From the NCBI GenBank assembly GCA_027365835.1, contig DAHXLU010000109.1, positions 1,135 through 65,134 on the forward strand: a stretch of 64,000 bases of DNA. Direction: 5' to 3'. The stretch's first letter is position 1, and each line of letters starts with the position of its first letter. The notes beneath the pieces were generated by a model. The model ran no database searches. It saw only the letters and a program-made list of their open reading frames with translations, and was not told the DNA's origin. The stretch comes from Candidatus Dormiibacterota bacterium. GTDB lineage: Bacteria; Chloroflexota; Dormibacteria; Aeolococcales; Aeolococcaceae. The position numbers and the translations under genes are program-made. This document shows positions 36,734-46,772 of this stretch, one piece after another.

Positions 36734-37849
36734 ATGGCAAACACTGACCAGGGCAGCTATGAAGGCAATCTCCAGGACAGCCAGTGGAGGGCAGAACTGA
36801 TATCGGGCATGGTGTGGATGGAGCAGGTTCTCCCAGCCACCCAGAGCGGCTACAAGCTGCATGTCTATGGTGAGAGCCGGGCCGATGTTGAGCGGATCCT
36901 TGCCCTGACCAGGGGACTGGCCACCAGTCTTGGGCTCGGGTTGAAGGCTGCTGGTCCAGCACTGTTTCGGGACGGCTCCAGCCCGCAGCGCAACAAGGCG
37001 GTGACTTTTTACCTTCCCCGCAGGGCAACAGTGCAACGGGATGCCGAGGCGATTGTGGACGCCCTGGCGGGGTATGGCAAGGATGGCCTGATCCCGCAGG
37101 ACCAGCCGCTGGGCAATGGGGTTCACTGGCGCTTTGAGTTTGGTGCAGATCCGGGCCGCGATCTGACCACTGCGCAGGCGCAGCGGATGTATGCTCCAGC
37201 CCGGGATGCGCTCCCCTTGTCGCGTACTGTGCGGCCACTGACTCCCCCAGTGGAGATCCGGATCCGTGATACGCAGTCCCGGTCTGTGGGCGCTGCACCA
37301 CTTGCATTGCTAAAGCAGCAGGAAGAAGCGATTGCCCGTGTCGTGTGTGGTACACAGGGCATTCCCATTACTGCCCTCTACGGGGTGCGGCTTGCTATCC
37401 GGGAGAAGCTGAACGCAGCCATGGAGGCACCAGCAGCAGACGTGGCTGTCGCCCAGTTGCTGGGTTGGCTGGGGTTTTCTGCAGACGCCCGGATCCACAG
37501 CTCGGATGGGTCACCTGCGGGGGTGAAAATTACAGGTATTACAAAGAGTAATGCCATGAATCATGTCGTCCTGACCGCTCTTTCCCCCGTAGCCTTGCCC
37601 ACGATCTTTGTGGTTGTTTCTGGTTCTGGTCCAGAGAAGTGGCAGCTGAATATGGGGCAGGAGGCTGGTCTTGCAGTTTCGAAGATGACCGCTCCAGCTA
37701 CCGGTATGCCGGAGATGGCCACTCGACCTGGCGTGGTTTCCCTGGGAAAGGTCCATCGTCCACTCCTCCCGCTCCAGCCCGGACATAGCGGTGCTGCGAG
37801 ATTGAATCCGGTGCGGCACAGGGATCGGGACCGGGAGATGGGCCGCTGA
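36734..37849 (+). CDS. hypothetical protein (371 aa), possible HopA1/LanKC-lyase-like N-terminal domain
   Basis: Long ORF with ordinary composition. The N-terminal pattern GYKLHVYGESRADVERILALTRGLATSLGLGLKAAGP...NKAVTFYLPRRATVQRDAEAIVDAL is reminiscent of the WK(I/L)HV...K...GK-x-TxYP layout of HopA1/LanKC N-domains. This is a weak by-eye call. Confidence 0.55.
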   Translation: MANTDQGSYEGNLQDSQWRAELISGMVWMEQVLPATQSGYKLHVYGESRADVERILALTRGLATSLGLGLKAAGPALFRDGSSPQRNKAVTFYLPRRATVQRDAEAIVDALAGYGKDGLIPQDQPLGNGVHWRFEFGADPGRDLTTAQAQRMYAPARDALPLSRTVRPLTPPVEIRIRDTQSRSVGAAPLALLKQQEEAIARVVCGTQGIPITALYGVRLAIREKLNAAMEAPAADVAVAQLLGWLGFSADARIHSSDGSPAGVKITGITKSNAMNHVVLTALSPVALPTIFVVVSGSGPEKWQLNMGQEAGLAVSKMTAPATGMPEMATRPGVVSLGKVHRPLLPLQPGHSGAARLNPVRHRDRDREMGR

Positions 37850-38174
37850 CGAGGCAGATGGGCAGATATTCGGCCGCGGCCGGCTGGGAGATGGTCTCTT
37901 TGCAACATGCATGGCCGGGAGGGGCTGGGCCGTTCCGGAAAATGGTGGCAGGCAGGGATTGACTCCCAGTGCACAGAGGAGGCAGCGGATAGCTGATTCA
38001 GGTGTATGACACCACCTACAGAGCCCGCCATCCTTCCCTGCGGGGGCGGCTGGGCTCCGGGTCATGAAACCCCGACCCGGAAGCGAGGGTTAATGCACCA
38101 AAGTCAGCCGTAAACGGTGTTTGCCGTACACCAAAGTCGTCCCAAAATGGTGGATGCAATGCTAACCTTAGGGC

Positions 38175-39476
38175 ATGGATAGGCATGCTCTCCGTTTCCT
38201 GGATGCCTGGAAGGAAGACCAGGGTCGCAAACCGCTGGTGCTGCGCGGCGCCCGCCAGGTCGGCAAGACGTGGCTCTTGAACGAATTTGGGCGGTCGCGA
38301 TACAAACAGGTTGCTTACGTCGACTGCCAGCGGGACAAATCGGTTGCGTCGGTGTTTGCAGGTGACCTTGACCCAAATCGCATACTTCGTGGTCTTGGCA
38401 TCGCCGCGCGGACGGCAATTGATCCGGAGACCACTCTGGTGGTCATTGACGAGATCCAGGAGGTGCCTGAGGCGCTCACTTCCCTGAAGTATTTTGCTGA
38501 GGAGCGCCCAGATGTCCATCTGGCCGCAGCCGGGTCACTCCTGGGCGTGGCGCTTCGTGCACGCTCCTCCTTCCCAGTGGGGAAGGTCAACTTTCTTGAC
38601 TTGCATCCACTCAACTTCGACGAATTCCTCCGGGGCACGGGCGAGGAACAGTTCGCTGACCTTGTGCTGGAGCAGGACTGGGAACTGATCAGTTCGTTTC
38701 GCGATCGGCTTACCGAGTTGCTTCGCATGTACATGTTCGTTGGCGGGATGCCGGAGGTCGTGGCTCGCCACGCTGGGGGTGACTCATATGACGCGGTCCG
38801 GGAGGTGCAGCAGGACATCCTCCGGGGTTACGAGAACGACTTCGCAAAGTACGCCAGTTGGCCGGTTAGCCGTCGCATCGCTGAGGTCTGGAGCTCCCTG
38901 CCTGCTCAGCTTGCACGCGAACACAAACGCTTTGTGCTGGGACGGGTTCGCGAAGGCGCACGCGCCCGAGAATTCGAAAGCGCGATCCAGTGGCTATGCG
39001 ACGGAGGCCTGGTGCACCGGGTGACCCGCTACACAAAGCCAGCGAATCCTGTTCGCGCGTATGAGGACGCCAGGATATTCAGGTTGTTTCTGAACGACGT
39101 GGGACTGCTTGGTGCCCTTTCCGGTCTCGAAGCGTCTGTGCTCCTGCAGGGTACTGGTATCTTCGAGGAATTCAAGGGATCGCTTACAGAGCAATATGTG
39201 TTGCAGCAGATTGTTGCCGCTCGGAGTATTGCGCCGATGTACTGGTCCCCTGAGAGCGGGAAAGCTGAGGTTGACTTTGCGATTGAACGCCCAGGTGGTT
39301 TGGTTCCGATCGAGGTGAAGGCTGAGGAGAACCTGCAATCGAAGAGCCTGCGCAGCTATATCGACCGCTTTCATCCGCGTGAAGCTTTACGCTTCTCGTT
39401 GGCAGGCTTTCGGCAGGACGGCGTCATGGTCAATGTGCCCCTGTACGCGATCGGTCCGTGGCTCGGGTCGCTTTAG
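38175..39476 (+). CDS. AAA-family ATPase with DUF4143-type C-terminal domain
   Basis: Walker A GARQVGKTW and Walker B LVVIDEIQ. The length and C-terminal EVDFAIERPGGLVPIEVK (restriction-endonuclease-like fold region) are typical of AAA_14/DUF4143 proteins. Confidence 0.85.
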   Translation: MDRHALRFLDAWKEDQGRKPLVLRGARQVGKTWLLNEFGRSRYKQVAYVDCQRDKSVASVFAGDLDPNRILRGLGIAARTAIDPETTLVVIDEIQEVPEALTSLKYFAEERPDVHLAAAGSLLGVALRARSSFPVGKVNFLDLHPLNFDEFLRGTGEEQFADLVLEQDWELISSFRDRLTELLRMYMFVGGMPEVVARHAGGDSYDAVREVQQDILRGYENDFAKYASWPVSRRIAEVWSSLPAQLAREHKRFVLGRVREGARAREFESAIQWLCDGGLVHRVTRYTKPANPVRAYEDARIFRLFLNDVGLLGALSGLEASVLLQGTGIFEEFKGSLTEQYVLQQIVAARSIAPMYWSPESGKAEVDFAIERPGGLVPIEVKAEENLQSKSLRSYIDRFHPREALRFSLAGFRQDGVMVNVPLYAIGPWLGSL

Positions 39477-39713
39477 AGCGTTGAGCAACGTGGGAGCCCC
39501 TGTCTGGTGCAAGTTCCCATCCGCAGAAGCCACACACTTCATTTCCGGATCCTGACGCACAGTGTAGGTGCCGAGCAGGGAGTATTGTCCGAGTTTTGGC
39601 CAAATGGCAGCGATTGTGACTGGCTGAAGGGCAAGATGACCAGCCATTTCCCGAATGTCCCCGCACCAGCTGCTTTTGAGCTTACAGGTTGCCTCCTGGA
39701 GTATAGAACGGCT

Positions 39714-40229
39714 CTACGCACTATCCGCAGTGAAATATTCCCGAACCTGGCCCAGTGTGTAAGCCACCGCGAGGATTACAGCAACCGTAGATATATGAGA
39801 AACAGAAACCAAAATAAAAGGGAGAACAGTTGTCAGCACAATCTCTCCAAGCAGTGGCAGCATAAGGCCCGCGGTCAGGGATACAGTGCCGACGCAGAGT
39901 AGGCTCCATCCCCCTTTCTCCATGGCCCAGACATGCCTTGCAGCGAAAATGAACACCACCCCTGCGACAGAGTAGGAAATCCCTGCACCCACGTCAAACC
40001 ATGAAAAAGTGGGATTGCATTGCCCCGCAAACATCGTGCAGCTGGCTGTATATACCATGGGCCCTCCAGCTACATATGCATCGGCTGACCATAGGGCGTA
40101 TGCAGCACCAAAAAGGGTAAAAGCCCAGGCGTGCCGGGCAAGCCAGCTGCGGAGATTGTCCGGAAGCGAAGGGACCAGGGCAGTGGTGCGGGCAACGCCA
40201 GCCCGGGCATTTGCCAGTATGTTGGTCAT
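39714..40229 (-). CDS. hypothetical integral membrane protein (about 4-5 TM helices)
   Basis: ORF 39714..40280. The inner ATG 40229 gives MTNILANARAG. Multiple hydrophobic helices. No family recognised. Confidence 0.5.
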   Translation of the reverse strand: MTNILANARAGVARTTALVPSLPDNLRSWLARHAWAFTLFGAAYALWSADAYVAGGPMVYTASCTMFAGQCNPTFSWFDVGAGISYSVAGVVFIFAARHVWAMEKGGWSLLCVGTVSLTAGLMLPLLGEIVLTTVLPFILVSVSHISTVAVILAVAYTLGQVREYFTADSA

Positions 40230-40523
40230 CCCATCCGCTCCTCTCCTGCGAACATTCTGTGCTCTGTGGCCGATGCCCATCCCTGTTTCGACTCGTAGAT
40301 TACCCGGTTCGGTATATCCTGTCCAGCATTTAACTGGTAGATCTTCAAGGGGGACATCCCCTTTGCCATCATTGGTTCAGCACACGCGGCCGGATTAACT
40401 GAAGGCGTCGCCTGAGGCGGACCTGCCTCTCCCTCATCCCTGGCCCAGAGAATTGCAGCGATGCTCCAACTTCGCCCCCACGCACAGCGCTGTTCAACAC
40501 CATGCGGACTATTCCCTGGGTGC

Positions 40524-40566
<43 letters not shown>

Positions 40567-40689
40567 TTTGATCTTGGTTGAGACCGTCACTCTACGAATT
40601 TCAACGCCACGTGGGGCATCCCCCGCACATCCAGCAGAGAGGATGGCTTTGTACGTGTTATGTCCGTACAGCGTGGGTAGGCTCCTTCT

Positions 40690-41511
40690 ATGGGCAGCGA
40701 ATATTTCGTACTTGTAAGCGAGCATCCCGGGGAGAGGGAGAAGGCGCTTGATATGGATGCCAGCGTGGTGGGGAACCGGCTGGAGCATCCCAGAGGGGTG
40801 CGTGCGTTCCCGACCCTGGAGGATGCCGTCGATCCTCATTTTGGGCCGCCTGCATTCCCCTTTTCTGTAGTTGTGGTTACCGCGCCCGTTGCCGGAAAGG
40901 CCAATCCTGACGATACAGTCACTGCCAGATCCTGGAGTGTCAGCCGCCAGATGGGGGCGCAGGCCGTGTTTGGCGAGCATGGAGCAGTGGTGGTTGAGCG
41001 GCTCTCTGCGCTGCAGCAGCCCATGCAGTTTGATTCCACAGTCGTCGCACGTGCGGTCGCGTTGCTTACAGTCAGTCTCGGCCGACCCAGGGGGCGGGGG
41101 CTGGCGGGGGAGCGCCCAGGCTGGCAGGCGACATCTGCCGCTGGTGCTGCTGACGCCATTCCCGGAGAAGCCAGGTGGGCAGCACTCGCTGCTCGTTCGG
41201 TTGTGTGGAGCACCATCACCGGGGCAGTTCCAAACACCTGGGCAGAAGGGCCTGCCCGGGAGGCGGCAGCTGACCTGGTCGGATCTGCCGTTGCCTGGGG
41301 GGCAAAGGGGGAATCGGGTCCCAATCCGTATGAGCCCGCCCTGGCACTTGCCAGAATGGGTGTGGTTGCCGCGCCCAGTCAGGCAGCCCTTACGCTCTGG
41401 AGGGAAGGGCGCGTGATAAGCAGGACCGGATTGCTGTCAGACCGCAATATTGGTCAATCCCAGACCGGGAGGCTTCGGTCGATGGGTGGGTCAGAAGCGC
41501 TTACAGCATAG
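40690..41511 (+). CDS. hypothetical protein (273 aa)
   Basis: ATG start. MGSEYFVLVSEHPGEREKALDMD... Ala/Gly-rich. No signal peptide, TM helix or known motif recognised. Confidence 0.5.
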   Translation: MGSEYFVLVSEHPGEREKALDMDASVVGNRLEHPRGVRAFPTLEDAVDPHFGPPAFPFSVVVVTAPVAGKANPDDTVTARSWSVSRQMGAQAVFGEHGAVVVERLSALQQPMQFDSTVVARAVALLTVSLGRPRGRGLAGERPGWQATSAAGAADAIPGEARWAALAARSVVWSTITGAVPNTWAEGPAREAAADLVGSAVAWGAKGESGPNPYEPALALARMGVVAAPSQAALTLWREGRVISRTGLLSDRNIGQSQTGRLRSMGGSEALTA

Positions 41512-41601
41512 GTGCTTACCTGCCTTTGGGGCAGCAGCATGGCGACAGCATTTGCTGCCACGGCAATTCAGGCATTGGGTTGTGTAGTGCTGGCGGCGCT
41601 T

Positions 41602-42408
41602 CTACTCGGGTCGTGAGGTGCTTCTGATCTCGGCTGGAGCTGCGCCGTACTCGGGCTGCAGGTCAAGGGCCCAGAAATCTGCAGATAGCCCGGGATCGGT
41701 TGCGTAGGCATACGGGAGGTATCCATATCCACGATCCCCCCATCCGGCCCCCCATGAGTTGCGGACGATGAAGTACTGGTGCCGGTCGTCATATCCGACC
41801 GCAGACAGTACATGCCCGCCCAGCAGGTTCTCGTCACTGCGGGGCAGTGGGATCATCCCGGTTTCAGAGACCGTGTCGCTCTCCATGCCGGAGAAGAGGC
41901 TGATTCCAAAGATGACCGGGTTCTGGGCGGCAAGGCAGCTACGCAGCTGCGTCAGGGAGGGCGCGACCCGCCCATACCTTAGCTCCTGCAGCTGGTCGGA
42001 TGTCCGGTAGAGGCGCGCTGGTGGCCGCTTCGCGAGGCGGCTGGTCTCGTAGGGCCATTCCTCCTCCGAGCAGGCGCCGTAGCGGAGCATGGACTTGATC
42101 CCGTCCCGTATCGAGGCTCCCGCGTCAGAGTGGACAAGACCGGCCTGTGCCCGCTGGTTGTAGTAGAGAAACATCCTGGATGGAGTCCAGGAGAGTAGCG
42201 TTCCATCCGGACGGCCACGGTAGGACAAAAGTGATGCAAGTGCGTTGGCAGTGCACGCCGCCAGCTCCCCCTGGTCGTAGACCGGAGGCATGAGTTCCCT
42301 TAGATCCACAGTGGGTGGAAGCTTGCGTCCGGGTGGGGCCTGGGTGTAGAGCTGGATGTCCCTGTGGTCAGGCAGGTCCCTGGTCCAGCCGTATCTCGCT
42401 ATTTTCAT
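41602..42408 (-). CDS. papain-like cysteine peptidase (family C1), no signal peptide
   Basis: ORF 41602..42507. ATG 42408 gives MKIARYGWTRDLPDHRD. Catalytic residues: Cys in YDQGELAACTANALA, His in GGHVLSAVGYDD, Asn in FIVRNSWGAGWGDRGYGY. Confidence 0.85.
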   Translation of the reverse strand: MKIARYGWTRDLPDHRDIQLYTQAPPGRKLPPTVDLRELMPPVYDQGELAACTANALASLLSYRGRPDGTLLSWTPSRMFLYYNQRAQAGLVHSDAGASIRDGIKSMLRYGACSEEEWPYETSRLAKRPPARLYRTSDQLQELRYGRVAPSLTQLRSCLAAQNPVIFGISLFSGMESDTVSETGMIPLPRSDENLLGGHVLSAVGYDDRHQYFIVRNSWGAGWGDRGYGYLPYAYATDPGLSADFWALDLQPEYGAAPAEIRSTSRPE

Positions 42409-42463
42409 GCTGGCCTGATTGTGCCTCTTTGGAAAGTGGGCCTGCAGGAGTGGCCGGCGGTGT

Positions 42464-43030
42464 ATGCTCGCTATGGTGTTGAGCCTGCCTGTGCCGCCTG
42501 AAACCATCAGAGGGAGGCTTGTAACCCTGCGACGCTACACTGACGGGGATCGTGATCCGCTGAGAACCGCAATAGCACACAGCTACGATCAGTTGCGCCC
42601 ATGGATGCCATGGGCAGCTGCGCCCCCAACAGATGAATCGGTTGACGCATTTATCACGCCTGCCATCCAGTGGTTTGGCGGTGACCACTCGGCGAATTAC
42701 GCCATAATCTCCAGGGCTACCAATGAGTATTGTGGAGGGTGCAGCCTGATGCCCCGGATTGGACCAGGCGCACTGGAGATCGGCTACTGGATTGACACCG
42801 GACACACACAGCGCGGATATGCTGGGGAGGCGGCCCGGCTCCTGACAGAGGCAGCGTTGGCGCTGCCTGGAATCTCACGCGTTGAAATACACTGCGACCA
42901 GGCCAACCATGTCAGTGCCCGTATTCCGCCGTCCCTGGGCTACCGGCTCGACCGTATCGAGGAGGATGCTGTCGAAGCTCCGGGTGAGTGTGGAAGGTCG
43001 ATGATCTGGGTGATGACGGCAGAAGGATAG
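42464..43030 (+). CDS. GNAT-family N-acetyltransferase (RimJ/RimL-like)
   Basis: ORF 42419..43030. ATG 42464 gives MLAMVLSLPVPPETIRGRLVTLRRYTDGD. Core region EIGYWIDTGHTQRGYAGEAARLL. Confidence 0.8.
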   Translation: MLAMVLSLPVPPETIRGRLVTLRRYTDGDRDPLRTAIAHSYDQLRPWMPWAAAPPTDESVDAFITPAIQWFGGDHSANYAIISRATNEYCGGCSLMPRIGPGALEIGYWIDTGHTQRGYAGEAARLLTEAALALPGISRVEIHCDQANHVSARIPPSLGYRLDRIEEDAVEAPGECGRSMIWVMTAEG

Positions 43031-43528
43031 TACAAGGCTTACGGAGCGACCTGGTTCCCCGGTCCCTTGTTTGCCTGCGCACCGTCATGGGGCAAGGTGC
43101 GTTTACACGCGGGTTCGGGCTGGACATTCAGGTTTCTGTTTTATCCCTGCTTGACAGCTGGTCTATTTTTTTATTGCATCAGCGCGCCTCTGCGCTTAGG
43201 GTCATTGCGCAGTTGCTGGCTGACCCGCTGATGGCCCATGTGAATCTGCAGCCCGGTCCGTAGCAGCTTCTCCTTCCGCCAGCGCAATTTTTTCTGCTTG
43301 TGGGGCAGCTGACTCCTGATCCTGGGCGGCGCACGTTCATATCCAGATGGCCCCTCGGTCTGGAGCGGCGCGTACAGTGGCCATTGCCGTATTTTCTGGT
43401 CAGGGTGGTTACCGAAGCTTGCCTGCCTGCGATCGATCGGCAGAGACGCTGCTGCCTGTCCTGATGCCCGGTGAGCCGGAGTGCTACGCTCAGGCTACTA
43501 GGAAGGAATCAGTCAGCGGGAGAGAACC

Positions 43529-46237
43529 ATGTCAGTTTCAACCCAGGAAGGTAGCTTGCAGACCGCTCCGAAAGAATATCCGGGAGGGCACCGCTGGGTA
43601 TGGCGGTTTGAGGATGGCAGTGCCGACATGAGGGCGTTGCTTGGGGGCAAGGGGGCCGGGGTTGCCGAGATGACCAGAGCCGGCCTCCCGGTGCCACCAG
43701 GATTCACCATCACTACCGAGGCATGCAATGCATTCTACGCAGGTGGAGAGCACTTCCCGGACGGGATGTGGGAGCAGGTTCGTACTGCTTTGTCTGAGCT
43801 GGAGCAAAAGACGGGGAAGGGTTTTGGTAACCCGAAGAACCCACTTCTGGTAAGTGTGCGCAGCGGGGCAAAATTCTCCATGCCAGGCATGATGGATACC
43901 GTCCTCAACCTGGGCCTCAATGAACTCACCGTTGAAGGCCTGGCAGAGCTGACCGGGGACCGCAGGTTTGCGCTTGATTCCTACAGGCGATTTATCCAGC
44001 TTTTTGCCAAGATCGTGCTTTTTGTGGACGGGGCCGAGTTTGAGGATGCGATTGAACAGGAAAAGCACAATACGGGCGCTGCCTCCGACGCAGATCTTGC
44101 ACCAGATGCGCTGGAGCGGCTGATAGCCAGGTATATGGAAATTGTTTCAGCCAAGGGCAACGCCCCTTTTCCGCAGGATCCACTGGAACAGCTCGCCGCT
44201 GCCATAGGGGCGGTGTTTTCCTCCTGGAACAATAAACGGGCTGTTGACTACCGCAACTACAACCACATCCCACATGATCTCGGTACTGCAGTTAACGTGC
44301 AGGCGATGGTCTTTGGAAACATGGGTTCCGACTCGGGTACCGGGGTTGCCTTCACCAGGGACCCGGCAACAGGAGAGAAAAAGCTTTTTGGCGAGTATCT
44401 GCTGAACGCCCAGGGAGAAGACGTTGTTGCAGGAATCCGGACCCCCCAGCCGATAGCGCTGCTGGAGAAGGAGTTGCCGGAAGTTTACCAGCAGTTTGCT
44501 GACATCGCCGCGAGACTCGAGGCGCACTATCGCGATGTCCAGGACATGGAGTTTACGATTGAACGCGGCAAGCTCTATATGCTGCAGACAAGGAGCGGCA
44601 AGCGGACAGCGCAGGCTGCGGTGGTCATTGCAGTTGATATGGCCAACTCCGGCCTCATTACAAAAGAAGAGGCGGTTCTGGCGGTCGAGCCTGAACAGGT
44701 GGACCAGCTTCTCCACCGGCGGATAGACCCCGCGGCGAAAGTCGACATTATGGCAACTGGGCTTGCTGCGTCTCCTGGGGCCGCATATGGCAAGGCAGTA
44801 TTTGATGCAGACCGCGCCGAGGCGCAGGCAGCGGCTGGAGAAAAGGTGATACTCGTGCGGGTGGAAACCAACCCGGATGACGTGCACGGCATGATCGCTG
44901 CGCAAGGGGTGCTTACTGCACGCGGAGGGCGCACCTCACATGCTGCTGTAGTAGCCCGGGGGATGGGAAAGCCATGCGTGGCTGGAGCCGAGTCAGTTCA
45001 TGTAGATCTGGAAGGAAGGCGGTTTGAGGCAGGTGGCCGCGTAATCCGGGAAGGAGAGGAATTTACGATTGATGGGAGCACCGGACATGTAATCGCCGGT
45101 CAGGTACCTATGATCGAGCCGGAGATGGGAGCAGAGCTCGAGACGTTGCTCTCCTGGGCAGACGGGATAAAGGGTCTTTCTGTCTGGGCCAATGGGGATT
45201 ATCCCAGGGACGCGGAGCTTGCCCTTCGCTTTGGCGCCAGGGGAATAGGGCTATGTAGAACCGAGCATATGTTCATGGAACAGGATCGGCTGCCAGTGGT
45301 GCAGCGGATGATTCTTGCAGAGAGCGAAGGCGAGCGGCGCAAGGAGCTCGCGCAGCTGCTGCCGTTTCAGCGTGCGGATTTCCTTGGCATACTGAGCGCG
45401 ATGGATGGCCTGCCAGTCGTGATCCGGCTGATAGACCCTCCACTGCATGAGTTTTTGCCTTCCCTGGAAGAGCTGCTCACCGAGGTAGCCACTGCAAGGG
45501 CAAAGGGGGTGCCGGAGCAGGACTATGCCGACAGGACCGAAATGCTGGCTGCTGTGCGCCGGCTGCATGAGCAGAACCCCATGCTGGGGCTGCGGGGCTG
45601 CCGTCTTGGGCTTATGTTTCCAGAGATTGTCGAGATGCAGGTACAGGCGATCTTTGAGGCTGCTGCCGAGCTGAAGAAGAAGGGCAAGGATCCGCGCCCT
45701 GAGGTGATGATTCCGCTTGTGGGGCATGTCGAGGAGTTTCGTCGCAGCCGTAGCATTGTAGAGAAGGTAGCCACTGGCATTCTGGAGAAGGCAGGTGTAG
45801 AGGTTGAATACAAGATAGGCACCATGATTGAGCTGCCCCGTGCAGCGCTTACCGCTGCAGAGATTGCAAAGGAAGCTGAGTTCTTTTCGTTTGGCACCAA
45901 CGACCTGACCCAGACTACATTCGGCTATTCCAGGGATGATGCCGAGGGAAAGTTCCTGCTCCGTTATGTTAGTGAGGGAATCCTTCCGGACAACCCGTTT
46001 GAAACACTGGACCAGGAGGGTGTTGGGCAACTTATGCGGCTTGCAGTTGAGGGTGGGCGGCAGGCACGACCAGGCATCACCCTTGGCATCTGCGGGGAAC
46101 ATGGTGGTGATCCACGCTCGATTGCATTCTGTGAGCAGCTGGGGCTGACCTACGTTTCATGTTCGCCCTACAGGGTTCCGGTAGCACGCCTTGCGGCAGC
46201 ACAGGCGCGACTCAAGCATGTAGAGCGCGACCGTTGA
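43529..46237 (+). CDS. ppdK: pyruvate, phosphate dikinase
   Basis: 902 aa. ATP-grasp N-terminus (LLGGKGAGVAEM), phosphohistidine region (GGRTSHAAVVARGMG), PEP/pyruvate domain (LCRTEHMF, FFSFGTNDLTQ). Confidence 0.95.
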   Translation: MSVSTQEGSLQTAPKEYPGGHRWVWRFEDGSADMRALLGGKGAGVAEMTRAGLPVPPGFTITTEACNAFYAGGEHFPDGMWEQVRTALSELEQKTGKGFGNPKNPLLVSVRSGAKFSMPGMMDTVLNLGLNELTVEGLAELTGDRRFALDSYRRFIQLFAKIVLFVDGAEFEDAIEQEKHNTGAASDADLAPDALERLIARYMEIVSAKGNAPFPQDPLEQLAAAIGAVFSSWNNKRAVDYRNYNHIPHDLGTAVNVQAMVFGNMGSDSGTGVAFTRDPATGEKKLFGEYLLNAQGEDVVAGIRTPQPIALLEKELPEVYQQFADIAARLEAHYRDVQDMEFTIERGKLYMLQTRSGKRTAQAAVVIAVDMANSGLITKEEAVLAVEPEQVDQLLHRRIDPAAKVDIMATGLAASPGAAYGKAVFDADRAEAQAAAGEKVILVRVETNPDDVHGMIAAQGVLTARGGRTSHAAVVARGMGKPCVAGAESVHVDLEGRRFEAGGRVIREGEEFTIDGSTGHVIAGQVPMIEPEMGAELETLLSWADGIKGLSVWANGDYPRDAELALRFGARGIGLCRTEHMFMEQDRLPVVQRMILAESEGERRKELAQLLPFQRADFLGILSAMDGLPVVIRLIDPPLHEFLPSLEELLTEVATARAKGVPEQDYADRTEMLAAVRRLHEQNPMLGLRGCRLGLMFPEIVEMQVQAIFEAAAELKKKGKDPRPEVMIPLVGHVEEFRRSRSIVEKVATGILEKAGVEVEYKIGTMIELPRAALTAAEIAKEAEFFSFGTNDLTQTTFGYSRDDAEGKFLLRYVSEGILPDNPFETLDQEGVGQLMRLAVEGGRQARPGITLGICGEHGGDPRSIAFCEQLGLTYVSCSPYRVPVARLAAAQARLKHVERDR

Positions 46238-46402
46238 AGGAGTTGGTCATGGAGTACAAACATGGGGCCAGAGCGGGCGGAGCCTGCCCGCGGGATGCTG
46301 TGGCCAATGCAGCTGACCGGACAGCCGGGCGGCGCGAGGGCCTCTTTCCTGGCGCCCCTGTAGCCCAGTGCATGGGAGAGTCCAGTGGCTGAGGAGGGGC
46401 TG

Positions 46403-46654
46403 ATGGTAAGACTGCGGAAGGTCGCAACCCGTCCGGGGCGCCCAGCCAGCCTTGAGGATGGGTATACCCTGGAGGGCCAGCAGGTAGAGGAACCTGTTCC
46501 TGGTATCCCGTATGCCATACGGCCAGGAGCCAGGGACAAGGGTGCAGTGGACATCTTTGTTACCACCAGTGTCAGGGCTGTGATCCGGGAGGCTGGGCAG
46601 CCAGTGGTGCTGCTTACTGACAACTCTGAGTACAGGATTGAGGAAATCAGGTGA
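46403..46654 (+). CDS. hypothetical small protein (83 aa)
   Basis: Inner ATG of ORF 46385..46654 with GAGGAGGGG just upstream. MVRLRKVATRPGRPASLEDGYTLEG... No family recognised. Confidence 0.4.
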   Translation: MVRLRKVATRPGRPASLEDGYTLEGQQVEEPVPGIPYAIRPGARDKGAVDIFVTTSVRAVIREAGQPVVLLTDNSEYRIEEIR

Positions 46655-46772
46655 GGAGATGTGGACTTTTCCGGAGCAGCCCGGGCACTGGCCCAGCACA
46701 TGGACCAGGGTGTTTTAGTCAAAATATGGATAAACCCCCATTCCTGCCGGGGTTCCCGTAATCTATCAGCCC

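Noticed and set aside
36569-37355. Minus-strand ORFs of 185 and 226 aa
   Set aside because: They are antisense to the 371-aa + strand ORF, with Pro/Arg/Gly-rich artefact-like composition. I kept only the short Cys-rich ORF at 36426-36584, which lies outside the + strand gene.
43151-43179. TTGACA -35-like hexamer as a ppdK promoter
   Set aside because: The -10 candidates at 15-17 bp spacing (TATTGC, ATTGCA, TTGCAT) are poor. I cannot support a promoter call from sequence alone.
44147-46102. Two long minus-strand ORFs (252 and 283 aa)
   Set aside because: They are antisense to ppdK, which is supported along its full length by conserved PPDK motifs.
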